Source: Candidatus Danuiimicrobium aquiferis
GTDB lineage: Bacteria > Omnitrophota > Omnitrophia > Omnitrophales > Danuiimicrobiaceae
Reading direction: 5' to 3'
Assembly: GCA_001804285.1 (NCBI GenBank)
Contig: MHFR01000043.1
Span: 22,970 to 86,969, forward strand
Length of the DNA: 64,000 nucleotides
This document shows, in pieces, positions 45,101 through 54,044 of this stretch (positions are counted from its first letter, which is position 1; the number at the start of each line of letters is the position of its first letter). The notes beneath the pieces were generated by a model that did not search any database, was not told the origin of the DNA, and was given only the letters and a program-made list of their open reading frames with translations. Made by a program: the position numbers and the translations under genes.

Positions 45101-46995
45101 AACCACATGACTTTGTTAAGAAACGAATAATATTGGAGAGATACGGGCATTGCCGTTTTATTTGATGAACGTTTGCTCTCTAAATTTTCACGGATTTCAG
45201 AGCGCACTACTTGGTTGTTAATAATTTCTGCCGGAACAAATTGAAGATTTCGATTTAAATGGAATTGGCTCGCAAGCGCCGTATAATCAACACCGTCGAG
45301 TAATCGCGGATTTCCCTTGAGAATGTCAGCAACCATACGCGCCTGATGATCGAGTCGAGCGCCCAATAAAGCGGGATCACCCAGGTATGTAGGTTTCGGA
45401 CGAGTAGCGCGTTTCTGTAAAAGACTATTGAGATAATAATCACGCGACTCTTCCTTCCCTTCGAAAGACTGGATATTAGGACGAACGATTACATAGGAAA
45501 CTCTATTTTCTTTGTACCATGCTTTTATCGGATTGGTGTGGAACCCGCCTGCGATAACAACTAAGATCTGATTGCTATTGTTAGAGATGTGTTTCTGAAG
45601 TTCCCTTTTAAATCCTTCTTCGCGGTTAATCGCAAACGCATAGGAATCAAAAGCGGATTTAAATGATTTTTCTAATTTCGTTAAATCTGCTTTAAAACGA
45701 ATAGACGGATGAATTTCTTGAAATGAGTTCGATAAAGAACCGGGGTTTTCTTCGAATATTTGGCGAAGGTATTGATAATCGTCCCGCGTTAAACTAAACG
45801 AATAAAGCCTTTCCAAAGCAAAGATAAATTGAAATACTTCAAACAATTTATTTCCCGAATCACCTTTTATCGCGTTAGACGCCAATAGCTGCGACAAAGA
45901 ATCCAATTCCTGTTCAAGCCGCGGATAATCCAGTTCTTCACGGAGGATGTTCTGTCCTAAAATCTGCGAAACACGTGGGAATTGCTTAAAGAATTCGAAA
46001 TTCGCAGGGATGAAACTTACAAACTCTTCAAGGCTTTGCCTTATACGCTTATCCTGCACCCTGGCAGTCGAAACTGACAACCATTTCTCAAAATCACTTT
46101 GCCAATTGCTGAGTTGATGGGATGAAAGATATTGATTTACCTTTTTCTTTTCTTTCTCAAGCGCAACATTAAATTCATCTCCTCTCGAAATACGATCCAA
46201 TTCCATAAGGCGGGCTAAACGGACAAGCATCGGCCAATCGAATTGAAGCGATAACTCATTTAAATCCTGATCAAGAGCCTTGAGCGCTTCTTTTTTGAGG
46301 AACATAAAATATGAGCCAAGATCTGTCCGTCTGTCTCGATAATCCAACCAATGCTCAATCATTGAATAAGAATGCGAAGGAAGTATCTTACGAATCTGGT
46401 CCTTTAGTTCCGCTCGGAAAAAAACGAGTTCGGCCTTCCATGCTTTCGATCGATCTGCAATCGAGCGAAAATAATCCAAGTCATCACGGTAAAGGCGCGG
46501 ATCTTCAAGGCCATAACCTTTGATCCGTGAGTCATTGTTACGCACCAAAAAGCGTTCCGCGCCTGAGAGCTCCCCGCGATCCACAAGATTTTGAGTGAAA
46601 AAGTCAAGCTCCTTGCCGTCTTTAAACAATCGAAGCCGATTAGCATTGATTTGCCCTGCTGCGCCTTCAACCAAATATGTACGGATGCCGTTTTTGCGAT
46701 TCAGGAATTCCAGAATTGATTCGATATTCCGCTGCGCATATTTGCTCTCATGCGCATCTTCGATATGAATAACAACAGGCCTGCTTTGAATGGCATTATG
46801 AAGCTCAAGTGCTTCCATAACTGAGCCCAATTCTTTTGGAATCGCCGGAGCTTCCCATGAAAAAGACCCGTGGGTTTGCGAAGAATGCAATCCCCTGCTG
46901 AAAGCCCATGCTGTATCATAAAGAAGAAAACTACAGATGACAAAGAACGCTATAATTCTCGAAAATGATCGGTGCGTTTTAAATAATGTATTCAT
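42139..46995 (-). CDS. Large secreted/surface protein (1618 aa): N-terminal signal peptide, a roughly 600-aa domain of unknown function, internal lipoprotein-like signal, TPTTP linker, four roughly 60-aa Ig-like repeats, poly-Gly linker, C-terminal domain
   Basis: Signal peptide MNTLFKTHRSFSRIIAFFVICSFLL. Internal MWLFIAGASALFSAC lipobox-like segment. TPTTPTTPTTPTTP linker. Repeats matching G.K...A.I.ING.E..P.N...W......L. GGGGGG linker. Confidence 0.8.
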   Translation of the reverse strand: MNTLFKTHRSFSRIIAFFVICSFLLYDTAWAFSRGLHSSQTHGSFSWEAPAIPKELGSVMEALELHNAIQSRPVVIHIEDAHESKYAQRNIESILEFLNRKNGIRTYLVEGAAGQINANRLRLFKDGKELDFFTQNLVDRGELSGAERFLVRNNDSRIKGYGLEDPRLYRDDLDYFRSIADRSKAWKAELVFFRAELKDQIRKILPSHSYSMIEHWLDYRDRRTDLGSYFMFLKKEALKALDQDLNELSLQFDWPMLVRLARLMELDRISRGDEFNVALEKEKKKVNQYLSSHQLSNWQSDFEKWLSVSTARVQDKRIRQSLEEFVSFIPANFEFFKQFPRVSQILGQNILREELDYPRLEQELDSLSQLLASNAIKGDSGNKLFEVFQFIFALERLYSFSLTRDDYQYLRQIFEENPGSLSNSFQEIHPSIRFKADLTKLEKSFKSAFDSYAFAINREEGFKRELQKHISNNSNQILVVIAGGFHTNPIKAWYKENRVSYVIVRPNIQSFEGKEESRDYYLNSLLQKRATRPKPTYLGDPALLGARLDHQARMVADILKGNPRLLDGVDYTALASQFHLNRNLQFVPAEIINNQVVRSEIRENLESKRSSNKTAMPVSLQYYSFLNKVMWLFIAGASALFSACGVEPVSPVDSTDTPIVTPTTPTTPTTPTTPTPGGTTDDPNQQGVQNPQPETSVPAPTLESTDIKLYEDHVTLSGEKASGTAIYLDGNEIVPINELTTWDYTLTLSQIVTEITINAKNASGKMSDEVNVTVSVLPPAKPQVNQTPEKTTEAVIGLSGAKLANMSILINDQEVVVQDQKTTWGPVTVDLVMGKNTVKVAARNKFGQLSEPQAIEITRESVPTTGGGGGGGTVTPPDTTPPVVPAVDSVGPVTQADTLLLNGTKEANSSIWINGAEIIPVNASETWSKELPLSLEVNSFRISSKDAAGNESAPATVDILRVPVVNEPVISSYPNSTSESAIKLEGTKPANTAIVINDIEIVALNGLTAWSIDLNLAIGENPFSIVARDQYNFLSASQTINITRVETPIIPPVVEVTSPLLTNNPDYVLTYTVDAVSQSENLTLEEGENVITRTFTSASGGQTTVTWQITLDTMPPVVVLQSSIVSYDANYTLIYTVDDEERTETITLVEGDNQISRTFQDQAGNEIVVDWIITYNFISTLMGVEGDWANPVAFNFPGVSGVTSVSRPSDDDFLMDVNLAATTNPIYKDARVLASRPSGEKIYNLAEKDFAIEISSDKFPICEIGFYSGIGTNRKLATITINGITSEPSKKTIKASDLAAFQGTGFDVSDIRTIRVRISPNLTDGDGTHPISGEDAGWIKVRVNGLNPSQASQSVSRSELRIRIAQAAVFGFFAIGSNEWEISRELSREKRIEEISAVQFSGISKFAKDRPNIKSILASQGGQVMISDENIFVKDEFLFGEVLRLIQAKGEAHPERPWLVIAGSRAGELQIKARKLVPDITRSVKFVSTQANDQCMLQKSVMSGASILVPDRVFLNAKGNLDYSKGVIFLETDEAFSRVNRAELVPDIFLTLLLLKKLSANFKGFGNESAEIKDQLIQQWFFQEFGGMQFKKDGGLYFWDYQVISAWFEVKQLIAQSA

Positions 46996-47080
46996 TTGGC
47001 CTCACAGGCCTCCTTTCGTTTTCCCGAAATTGACTTTCTAAAATGCTCTGTTAATGATTGAAAAAAATATTGCGTTCTCA

Positions 47081-47521
47081 TTACCATCGGTTCCCCTTTC
47101 TGAAAGATATGAGGCTTGCCTGCGCCATTCTTAAAGATGAAAAACCATTAGGAAGGTAAATTCTTGAAACACGGTAACGCCTTTCTTTTGGTCTATAGGC
47201 AATCGCAGTTTCCCCTTTAAGATATTTCAAGAGCAGGCAGAGATTCGATTCGAGCTTTTCAAAAAACGGGCTGCATTCGATTCCGCTTAATTCGTCTGAG
47301 ACTTTCAAAAGAAGCTGTCCCAGTTTTTCACCTGGTCGATTTTTTTCAATAAACTTGAAAATCTCTCCTTTTAAGATACTGCACGATAAAGAAAGATGCT
47401 CGTTTTCACTGGCAGTGGACAATTTCATGTACAGGCTTTCGATTCTTTTCTTCAAACGATAGATTCTTGTTGCACGCTGCGCTTCCGATTCCCCGACATT
47501 CTCAAACCATCTCATAAACAT
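47081..47521 (-). CDS. Hypothetical protein (146 aa)
   Basis: ORF only. Confidence 0.4.
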   Translation of the reverse strand: MFMRWFENVGESEAQRATRIYRLKKRIESLYMKLSTASENEHLSLSCSILKGEIFKFIEKNRPGEKLGQLLLKVSDELSGIECSPFFEKLESNLCLLLKYLKGETAIAYRPKERRYRVSRIYLPNGFSSLRMAQASLISFRKGNRW

Positions 47522-47719
47522 TCACTTCTCCTTTTCTTCATGCCGATTGATACATTGCTCTAAGACATATAAATTCGTTTGTAAATTGCTCTACTGGCTT
47601 CATGGACACAACAGGCAGCGCATAAGCCCGGACAGAATCCGGCCTATCAATGACAAAGTAAATTAATACGATTCCCGAGTGAGATGATAAATGTTCTGAG
47701 CGGGCGGCCTGCTGATTCT

Positions 47720-48121
47720 TCATAGTTCCCCCTCTTCCGCGTACGCAATGCAGAATTCGTCACTTTCAAGCAAAGCGTAGCCACGAATGCTTAGAAACGC
47801 AAGAAAGTAGAAGCACAAAATCATGAGAAATCTATTCAGAATATAGAAATCTATTGTGAATAGATTTTTTAGGAGAAACCGGTTGTTTATTGGTTGCGGA
47901 TATAATGATGTATTTATTACCTGAAGATTAAGTGATTGTTGAAATAGACAGCAAGAATTTTCTACTAAATAAAATGGATGCTTTTCTACGAAAAACGGCT
48001 GAAATGCTTCTGCAGTCTTAACGAATGAGAAGACAAGAAACGTCAGAACAAAAACAAAAACCGAGTTTCTAAACTTTGGAAGAAATGAGAGTCGAAAAAC
48101 CGCCCAAGCTAACTTCTTCAC
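47720..48121 (-). CDS. Hypothetical membrane protein (133 aa)
   Basis: Hydrophobic N- and C-terminal segments. Confidence 0.35.
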   Translation of the reverse strand: MKKLAWAVFRLSFLPKFRNSVFVFVLTFLVFSFVKTAEAFQPFFVEKHPFYLVENSCCLFQQSLNLQVINTSLYPQPINNRFLLKNLFTIDFYILNRFLMILCFYFLAFLSIRGYALLESDEFCIAYAEEGEL

Positions 48122-48488
48122 GTCGAACCTCGTGAAGAACGGAATCGTAAATTGCTCTTAAACGTAAATTGAAATAAAACGTTTTAGAGCTTCCGCTCTT
48201 AGCTGGGCTTTTTTTGTTAGCTGGGCTTTTGATTGGATCGGAAAAAAATTGAATTTCTATGATCTTCTCTCCGACTTACTAAAAAACTATCGGAACTATA
48301 CCCCACATTTTTTCGTTTGTCAAATTTTTGAAGTATTTTTTTGAAAATATTTTATTCATCAGGTATATTTAAAGTGAGAGCAGCTAGACGCTGTGAGCCC
48401 AGCTAAGGCAACACATTCATCAGAACCTTTTCGCAAAGATCTTTTCGCTGCCCACACAATACTTTCAGAGAACAACTTCCTTAAAAAC

Positions 48489-48782
48489 TTAAAATCCAAA
48501 ATTGGCCTTCAACCGCTCTAAACGTAGAAACGCCATTTGAATAGCATACCCATCCCATGAGGCATCATGAATGAGTCCCAGAAGAAATGCGATATCGAAT
48601 TTCACGTAAAAATCCGGGGGAAGCTCATCAAGCAACGCTTTTAGCTTTATTTCAGCAGTAACCAAGGCTTCTTTCCTTGCCTTACCGTTAACATAATCTG
48701 AAAGGACCTGCCTTGAAAAAGCGAGAACTTCTTTTAAACAAGCGATTCTTTCTCGATTTACGGTATCAGAAACTTGATCCAT
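48489..48782 (-). CDS. Hypothetical protein (97 aa), last gene of the overlapping-ORF operon
   Basis: Overlaps the upstream ORF by 25 nt. Confidence 0.4.
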   Translation of the reverse strand: MDQVSDTVNRERIACLKEVLAFSRQVLSDYVNGKARKEALVTAEIKLKALLDELPPDFYVKFDIAFLLGLIHDASWDGYAIQMAFLRLERLKANFGF

Positions 48783-49024
48783 TTGGTTTTAGCCTCCTGT
48801 CTTTTTACTTTCATAAGCTTATCTATCTCTGAAATGGCAAAACTCAAAATCGGATGATCAAGTTTTTCAGAGGCAAAAGCCTGAATCTGGTCCAATACAC
48901 CTAATACCCGTTTCTTTTCCGCATATGCCATAATTGATTCTTCTAAGCATTTCCGTTCCTTTACTGCTTTCAAAATAAGTGAAAGAAAAACGGCTTCCGT
49001 ATCGTCCCTTAGAAAAATAATCAT
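48758..49024 (-). CDS. Hypothetical protein (88 aa)
   Basis: 4-nt overlap with the upstream gene and 25-nt overlap with the downstream gene. Confidence 0.4.
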   Translation of the reverse strand: MIIFLRDDTEAVFLSLILKAVKERKCLEESIMAYAEKKRVLGVLDQIQAFASEKLDHPILSFAISEIDKLMKVKRQEAKTKWIKFLIP

Positions 49025-49461
49025 TGAGCACCTCCCGTTACCGGGAAATGGACATTGTCAGACAATATTTTTCTATATTCTTCAGTACAAACTTGATTTA
49101 GTGCAAAACTTTCTCGGATAGCCAGTAAATGCTCTTTAGCGGAAAGACGATTTAATCGAGTTGGCTCAAGCAAAAACTGTTGGACAGCAAGCGATGCTCG
49201 AAATGCATGGATGAATGTGCCATCTGAAGTAAGAATAAGAACATTACGGCATAGATGATAGGTAATCTCAACAATAGCAACCTTTTCACGTTCTTCTATT
49301 TTATTCGAAGAATCTAAAATACCCCATAGATAAAAGATGGTGGAACGAATATCACACAAAATTCGATATGGCATTTTCAGACCGTTCCGCATAACAACTC
49401 CGTTTTGGCATTCCATCATTAAAAACACCTTCCTTTCAACAGGTTTCAAGCACGCCATCAT
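49021..49461 (-). CDS. Hypothetical protein (146 aa)
   Basis: Overlapping start and stop arrangement within the operon. Confidence 0.45.
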   Translation of the reverse strand: MMACLKPVERKVFLMMECQNGVVMRNGLKMPYRILCDIRSTIFYLWGILDSSNKIEEREKVAIVEITYHLCRNVLILTSDGTFIHAFRASLAVQQFLLEPTRLNRLSAKEHLLAIRESFALNQVCTEEYRKILSDNVHFPVTGGAQ

Positions 49462-50026
49462 TCACACAAGCGAAATCAGATTGATAAAATTCCTTCTCAG
49501 GGAAAACGTCCTCCGACAAACGCTGCTCAAGTTTTCTTTGCTTCAGAGCTTTGTCGCAAAGATCGACGCCCGTTCTTATCGAAATCACCGGAGCAGGGCC
49601 AAAATATAAATCCAATTCATCAATAAGCAACAATGCTTTCTCAACCACTTCCTTATTCGAAACTGCTTCACTCAAATATGTTTGTAAAAGCTCAAATTGG
49701 ATGCGTTTTTTAAAGCGTAATGTAAATTGATCGATATAGTCACTCACCCATGATTCCGCAATAAGAAGTGATGCCATGTCACCACTATTAATCCCTTTGT
49801 TAGAATCCATAAAACAATCCACAAGAACTCGCCGAATAAAATTGAACATCTTCTTCAGCCGGCATTTTTCGTCCATGTCTAGAAAGATATCCATCACAAT
49901 TGTTCCAAAAGCATCTATATGCGAACACGCTTGCTCCTGCCCGGCTATCATCGGAATCTCTAAATTCCCAACGGGCTTAGCACACATACAGTTCGCCTCC
50001 AAGCTCACGTTCAGTCTGTCGAACAC
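49436..50026 (-). CDS. Hypothetical protein (196 aa)
   Basis: Overlapping start and stop arrangement within the operon. Confidence 0.45.
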   Translation of the reverse strand: MFDRLNVSLEANCMCAKPVGNLEIPMIAGQEQACSHIDAFGTIVMDIFLDMDEKCRLKKMFNFIRRVLVDCFMDSNKGINSGDMASLLIAESWVSDYIDQFTLRFKKRIQFELLQTYLSEAVSNKEVVEKALLLIDELDLYFGPAPVISIRTGVDLCDKALKQRKLEQRLSEDVFPEKEFYQSDFACVNDGVLETC

Positions 50027-50116
50027 GTCTCATATATATCCTGCACCAGCGGTAATATTTTTCGATTTTCTTGGCAACCGATTTCCGTTTAGATTTTTTC
50101 ATATGAGTCACCCCTT

Positions 50117-50578
50117 CTAGCAATGAGCCGGAACATGACACAGAGTTTTAAATATTTCATAAATGCCGCGACGTACCTCATCTTTTACCCGCATACATAC
50201 GGGTTCTTTTCTCTCCTGAAAGTCCAAGTGGCATACAAGCCCTAACCCCTCGTAAATCATAGCTATCATTTCCATCGCTCGCTCCTTATGTTGTACACAT
50301 GTATTAGGATTCACTCGGAGACAATATCTTAAATACCGAAATGCATTACGAAATAACTGATGATCAGCACGAGGATTTAAGAAATGATGTTCCAAATCGA
50401 AAAGAAAAAACTGCATCCGCATAATGGTCGTTTCCTTCCTTAGATTCTTGCCCTGAAGCAACATGATAAGAATCCCCATATTATTCCCGAACCAGCCGCG
50501 AAAAAGAGTTTCACGGTCGTTTGGCAGTTGAAACCTTCCTTTTTCGTTTATGAGTTTCTCTATCAGTTGTTTATGCAT
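50117..50578 (-). CDS. Hypothetical protein (153 aa)
   Basis: 8-nt overlap with the upstream gene. Confidence 0.45.
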   Translation of the reverse strand: MHKQLIEKLINEKGRFQLPNDRETLFRGWFGNNMGILIMLLQGKNLRKETTIMRMQFFLFDLEHHFLNPRADHQLFRNAFRYLRYCLRVNPNTCVQHKERAMEMIAMIYEGLGLVCHLDFQERKEPVCMRVKDEVRRGIYEIFKTLCHVPAHC

Positions 50579-51242
50579 GAACCAGAGTCCTCCGTTTCAG
50601 ATTTTGAAGTGACTCCTTGAAGAATATTTGAACTTTTCTCATGATTTTTCGTACTCTTGGCTTAAGCCACCATATTTTGAAGTAATGTCTTCCCGAAAGA
50701 ATATCTTGAAGCTTGCGGAAGCTGCACATCTCGAAACATTCATTTTTCCCTTGTTTGCTATTTCGATGGCCATAGTAACTAGCGAAACTGCAAATCAATA
50801 TCCGGTATTGGGTCAAAAACTTGCACCATGTCATTTTATCTGATGGCTGTTCAATTAAGAGCACTTCAATCAATCGATCAATGAGAAGACTCAATCGATA
50901 GTCACCCGTTGGCGTAAACTCTTTAAGACATACCAAATGGGCAACAATGCGATTGACGGCATTCCCACTGGAATTAGGCAGATTCATTCCATTGAGAATC
51001 GCATACGTCGCCATTGAAAAAAACGATAGGGCATGACCTGAATTGTGATATTCTTGCTCTTCAATCGTATCCGCTTTCCGTTCAATACCCGCAGGCATGA
51101 CTATTCCGTTAATCATATCTTTCCAATTGTCACCGAAAATAAAGGAGGCTTTCTGGTAAAAATTACTTTCAAGTTGCTCATAATTCGTTTTATTCTCACT
51201 CTTACAATCTCGATTCTCCATCTTCTGTATCCTCCTATTCAT
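50571..51242 (-). CDS. Hypothetical protein (223 aa), first gene of the operon
   Basis: ORF divergent from the XRE-family regulator gene. Confidence 0.45.
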   Translation of the reverse strand: MNRRIQKMENRDCKSENKTNYEQLESNFYQKASFIFGDNWKDMINGIVMPAGIERKADTIEEQEYHNSGHALSFFSMATYAILNGMNLPNSSGNAVNRIVAHLVCLKEFTPTGDYRLSLLIDRLIEVLLIEQPSDKMTWCKFLTQYRILICSFASYYGHRNSKQGKNECFEMCSFRKLQDILSGRHYFKIWWLKPRVRKIMRKVQIFFKESLQNLKRRTLVHA

Positions 51243-51336
51243 TTCTAATCTCTGCTTCTAAAACGAAAGATACCACATCAATAAACCTTTTCAAGACCCA
51301 TAATAAAGATAGTTTTAGTTACAATATTATAAATAT

Positions 51337-51365
51337 TTGACAACCTACGTAACTACATGTATACT
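51337..51365 (+). promoter_or_regulatory. Near-consensus sigma70-type promoter (TTGACA, 17-nt spacer, TATACT) for the XRE/cupin regulator gene
   Basis: TTGACA at 51337-51342 and TATACT at 51360-51365, with an exact 17-nt spacer, about 100 nt upstream of the ATG at 51465. Confidence 0.4.
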
Positions 51366-51464
51366 TTGGTAGTTAAAGTGAATTTCAGATATCAAAAACC
51401 GAAAGAAAGTTGACAAATATTTTTTTAGAATTAGGTAAAGAAGTTTCTCGATCAGGATAGGGTA

Positions 51465-52793
51465 ATGTATAGAACTATTTGGAATAAATACATAGAATCA
51501 TCACCTAATTTCCCTACTAAACGGCGCCCCCTAGTTGGATCTGTGATAAAAGAAACCCGCATTGATAAAGGAATACGTCAAATGGATTTTGCTAAGCAAA
51601 TCAAAATGAACTGGTCCACATTGAAATCCATTGAAAACGATCACCAAAAAGCGACCACTGTCGAAAACCTCGAACGTTGCGCCAAACCATTAGGACTGGA
51701 TATCGATCAAATGATTCTCTCGGGACGAGAAAGAGATCCAGCAAACTGTTTTATTTTAAAAAAAACAGACCCAACACCAACAAAAGGAGTTAGAACCAGA
51801 AAAGCACTTCCCCCCGAATGGAACAAAAGCATTCGTTTTGACTTTAACACGTTTGATCTCACTCCAATTTCACCGCCAATTGCAACACAGAAAGATTTTT
51901 TCGCTGCCAAGATCGTTTTACCTCCTAAACGATCAATGGAAAATATGGTTCTTGGAGTCCATCACCAAGTTATGGGAATTATTTCAAATGGTTTTAATAT
52001 CAGAATTTCTTATGCGGGAACCGAAACGGTCGCTACCACCAACCAAGCATTTGCACTAGATGGCTATTTCCCCCACACTATTACAAATGAAGACGAAGAC
52101 ACTTCCGCAATAATTTATTTTGTTACCAAATTTCCCGATTTTGAACATACGAGAATTGTGCATGAACCTTCATTTCAATGGTCACCTGCCATTGATATTG
52201 CTGCAGGCGTGAAAAAAGTGCAGCGATATAAATCGGAAAGAAAAGATCGTTCAATTTCTGTTCAGCACCTCGCTGATTTAACTGACAATCTTGATGCAAT
52301 TCAATTACGAAAACTGATGCGGATTAAAAAAGATTCGTCCGTTATTTACTGGGATAAAATTGAAGATCTTCTTGGCGGAACAGGTATCACTATGAAGGAT
52401 TTTCTTGCGTGGTGTCATCATGGCGAGAAACAAAATATTTCCGTAGCCACTCCAACTGCACGCGCCGTGATTGATTACATGTCATTTTACAGTCTTAAAA
52501 TATATTCTGTCATACCGCCCCGCATCAATCCTCATTACTTTATCGGTGAGCTAATGATCGACGGGAAGAATAATCTTCCCCGAAAAAGATGGGAACGCGA
52601 AGATAACGCAATGATTGCCGTTTGCGTCATGGAGGGCGACTTAGAAATCAAAATAGGAACGTATAGAAATCCGTTGATGCTGACAAAAGGTGAAAGTATA
52701 TATTTTGACGGAAATCTTGGATACTCATTAAGCAATATCAGTGAGCCTCAAGTGAGGATATTCCTCGCGACATATCCTGCCATACGCTTTTAA
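51465..52793 (+). CDS. Transcriptional regulator: N-terminal XRE-family HTH plus C-terminal cupin-like domain (442 aa)
   Basis: IRQMDFAKQIKMNWSTLKSIENDH helix-turn-helix near the N-terminus. C-terminal LEIKIGTYRNPLMLTKGESIYFDGNLGYSL beta-barrel-like segment. Confidence 0.6.
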   Translation: MYRTIWNKYIESSPNFPTKRRPLVGSVIKETRIDKGIRQMDFAKQIKMNWSTLKSIENDHQKATTVENLERCAKPLGLDIDQMILSGRERDPANCFILKKTDPTPTKGVRTRKALPPEWNKSIRFDFNTFDLTPISPPIATQKDFFAAKIVLPPKRSMENMVLGVHHQVMGIISNGFNIRISYAGTETVATTNQAFALDGYFPHTITNEDEDTSAIIYFVTKFPDFEHTRIVHEPSFQWSPAIDIAAGVKKVQRYKSERKDRSISVQHLADLTDNLDAIQLRKLMRIKKDSSVIYWDKIEDLLGGTGITMKDFLAWCHHGEKQNISVATPTARAVIDYMSFYSLKIYSVIPPRINPHYFIGELMIDGKNNLPRKRWEREDNAMIAVCVMEGDLEIKIGTYRNPLMLTKGESIYFDGNLGYSLSNISEPQVRIFLATYPAIRF

Positions 52794-53609
52794 TTAAACC
52801 TTTAGCGTTCCTAACTCTGTTGCATACACCTTAATCAATTCTACAAGGTTAGGAAGTTTAAAAGGCTTCAGGATTAATTTCTCCGCAGGAAAACCAACGG
52901 CTGCCAGTCCGTCTTTTGCCCCTTGTTCGTAGCCTGCAGTTATTGGAATGATTTTAAGTGCAGGTTTCTTTGCGAGAATTTGCTTTATAATATCATGTCC
53001 ACTTGAACCCGGTATATGAATATCAACAACAACAATGTGACATTCATTATTTAGAACATATTCGAGACCTCGATCACCGCGATCAAATATCTCAACCTGA
53101 TAATTGCGATCGATCAAAGCCTCTTTAATAAAATCGCAAATATCTTCTTCATCGTCAATAATTACCACGCGAGTTGTATTGCTACGATAAATTTTGTCTT
53201 CATATTCGCTATGAAACTCCCCAGGAATTACAATGCGATTCAATTTCTGATTGATCTTCTTTTCAACATCCTCAAACGAGTTAAATGGCTTTACGATAAT
53301 ATCTTTTTCTGTCACACCAAGTTCTGCCAATTTATCTTTTTCATCTTTATAATAGGCCGTAATAATGAGCACGGGGATATTCAATTTCTTCTCACGCATC
53401 ATTTTAAGAATGTCGTATCCGGTTAATCTTTCCATCTTTAAATCGAGGAGCATTAAATCTACGTTAAACGTATCCAGCGTACGCTCAACAACCGTGGGAT
53501 CGGCAGTTGCGATCGGTTCATAATTACGTTTCTTAAAATGCAGGGTTAATTGTTCAATTACTGAAATATTATCATCGACGATTAAAACGGTAGTAGGTTT
53601 CGAGCTCAT
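52794..53609 (-). CDS. Tandem-receiver (REC-REC) response regulator with no output domain
   Basis: Two VLIVDDN / VVIIDDEED receiver modules, each with the conserved LLDLKM or VVDIHIP and KPF motifs. Confidence 0.75.
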   Translation of the reverse strand: MSSKPTTVLIVDDNISVIEQLTLHFKKRNYEPIATADPTVVERTLDTFNVDLMLLDLKMERLTGYDILKMMREKKLNIPVLIITAYYKDEKDKLAELGVTEKDIIVKPFNSFEDVEKKINQKLNRIVIPGEFHSEYEDKIYRSNTTRVVIIDDEEDICDFIKEALIDRNYQVEIFDRGDRGLEYVLNNECHIVVVDIHIPGSSGHDIIKQILAKKPALKIIPITAGYEQGAKDGLAAVGFPAEKLILKPFKLPNLVELIKVYATELGTLKV

Positions 53610-53639
53610 TTTGATGTTCTCCAGTTTGTTCAGAGATTC

Positions 53640-54026
53640 TTAACTTTTGTTCACCAGCTTTTTGATAATCTTAGTAATTATACCAGGCGTCATGTCGTCT
53701 GGCTTTTCTAAAACGTCGTCAACTAAACGAGCAATTCTTTCCTGCTGAAAAATGGGTTCTAAATGCTTAAAGGGAGTCGCTGACATAACAATAATTTTTG
53801 GTCTTCTAACCGCCTGTGAGAAACTTTTTATCACATCAACCCCTGAAACTCTACCCTCTAACCTCATATCAACAATCAAAACGTCAAATTGTGTATTTTT
53901 TAATAAGAACAATGCATCGTTTCCAGAGTTGGATACTGTAACGTCAAAGCCATCCGACACCAAATATTCCATCACAAAATTAGCAACATCTTTTTCGTCG
54001 TCAACGATTAGTATCTTTTCGCTCAT
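53640..54026 (-). CDS. Single-domain response regulator (receiver)
   Basis: ILIVDDEKD...VLIVDMRL...SATP...LEKP. Confidence 0.8.
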   Translation of the reverse strand: MSEKILIVDDEKDVANFVMEYLVSDGFDVTVSNSGNDALFLLKNTQFDVLIVDMRLEGRVSGVDVIKSFSQAVRRPKIIVMSATPFKHLEPIFQQERIARLVDDVLEKPDDMTPGIITKIIKKLVNKS

Positions 54027-54044
54027 AACTTTATTATAGTTAAA

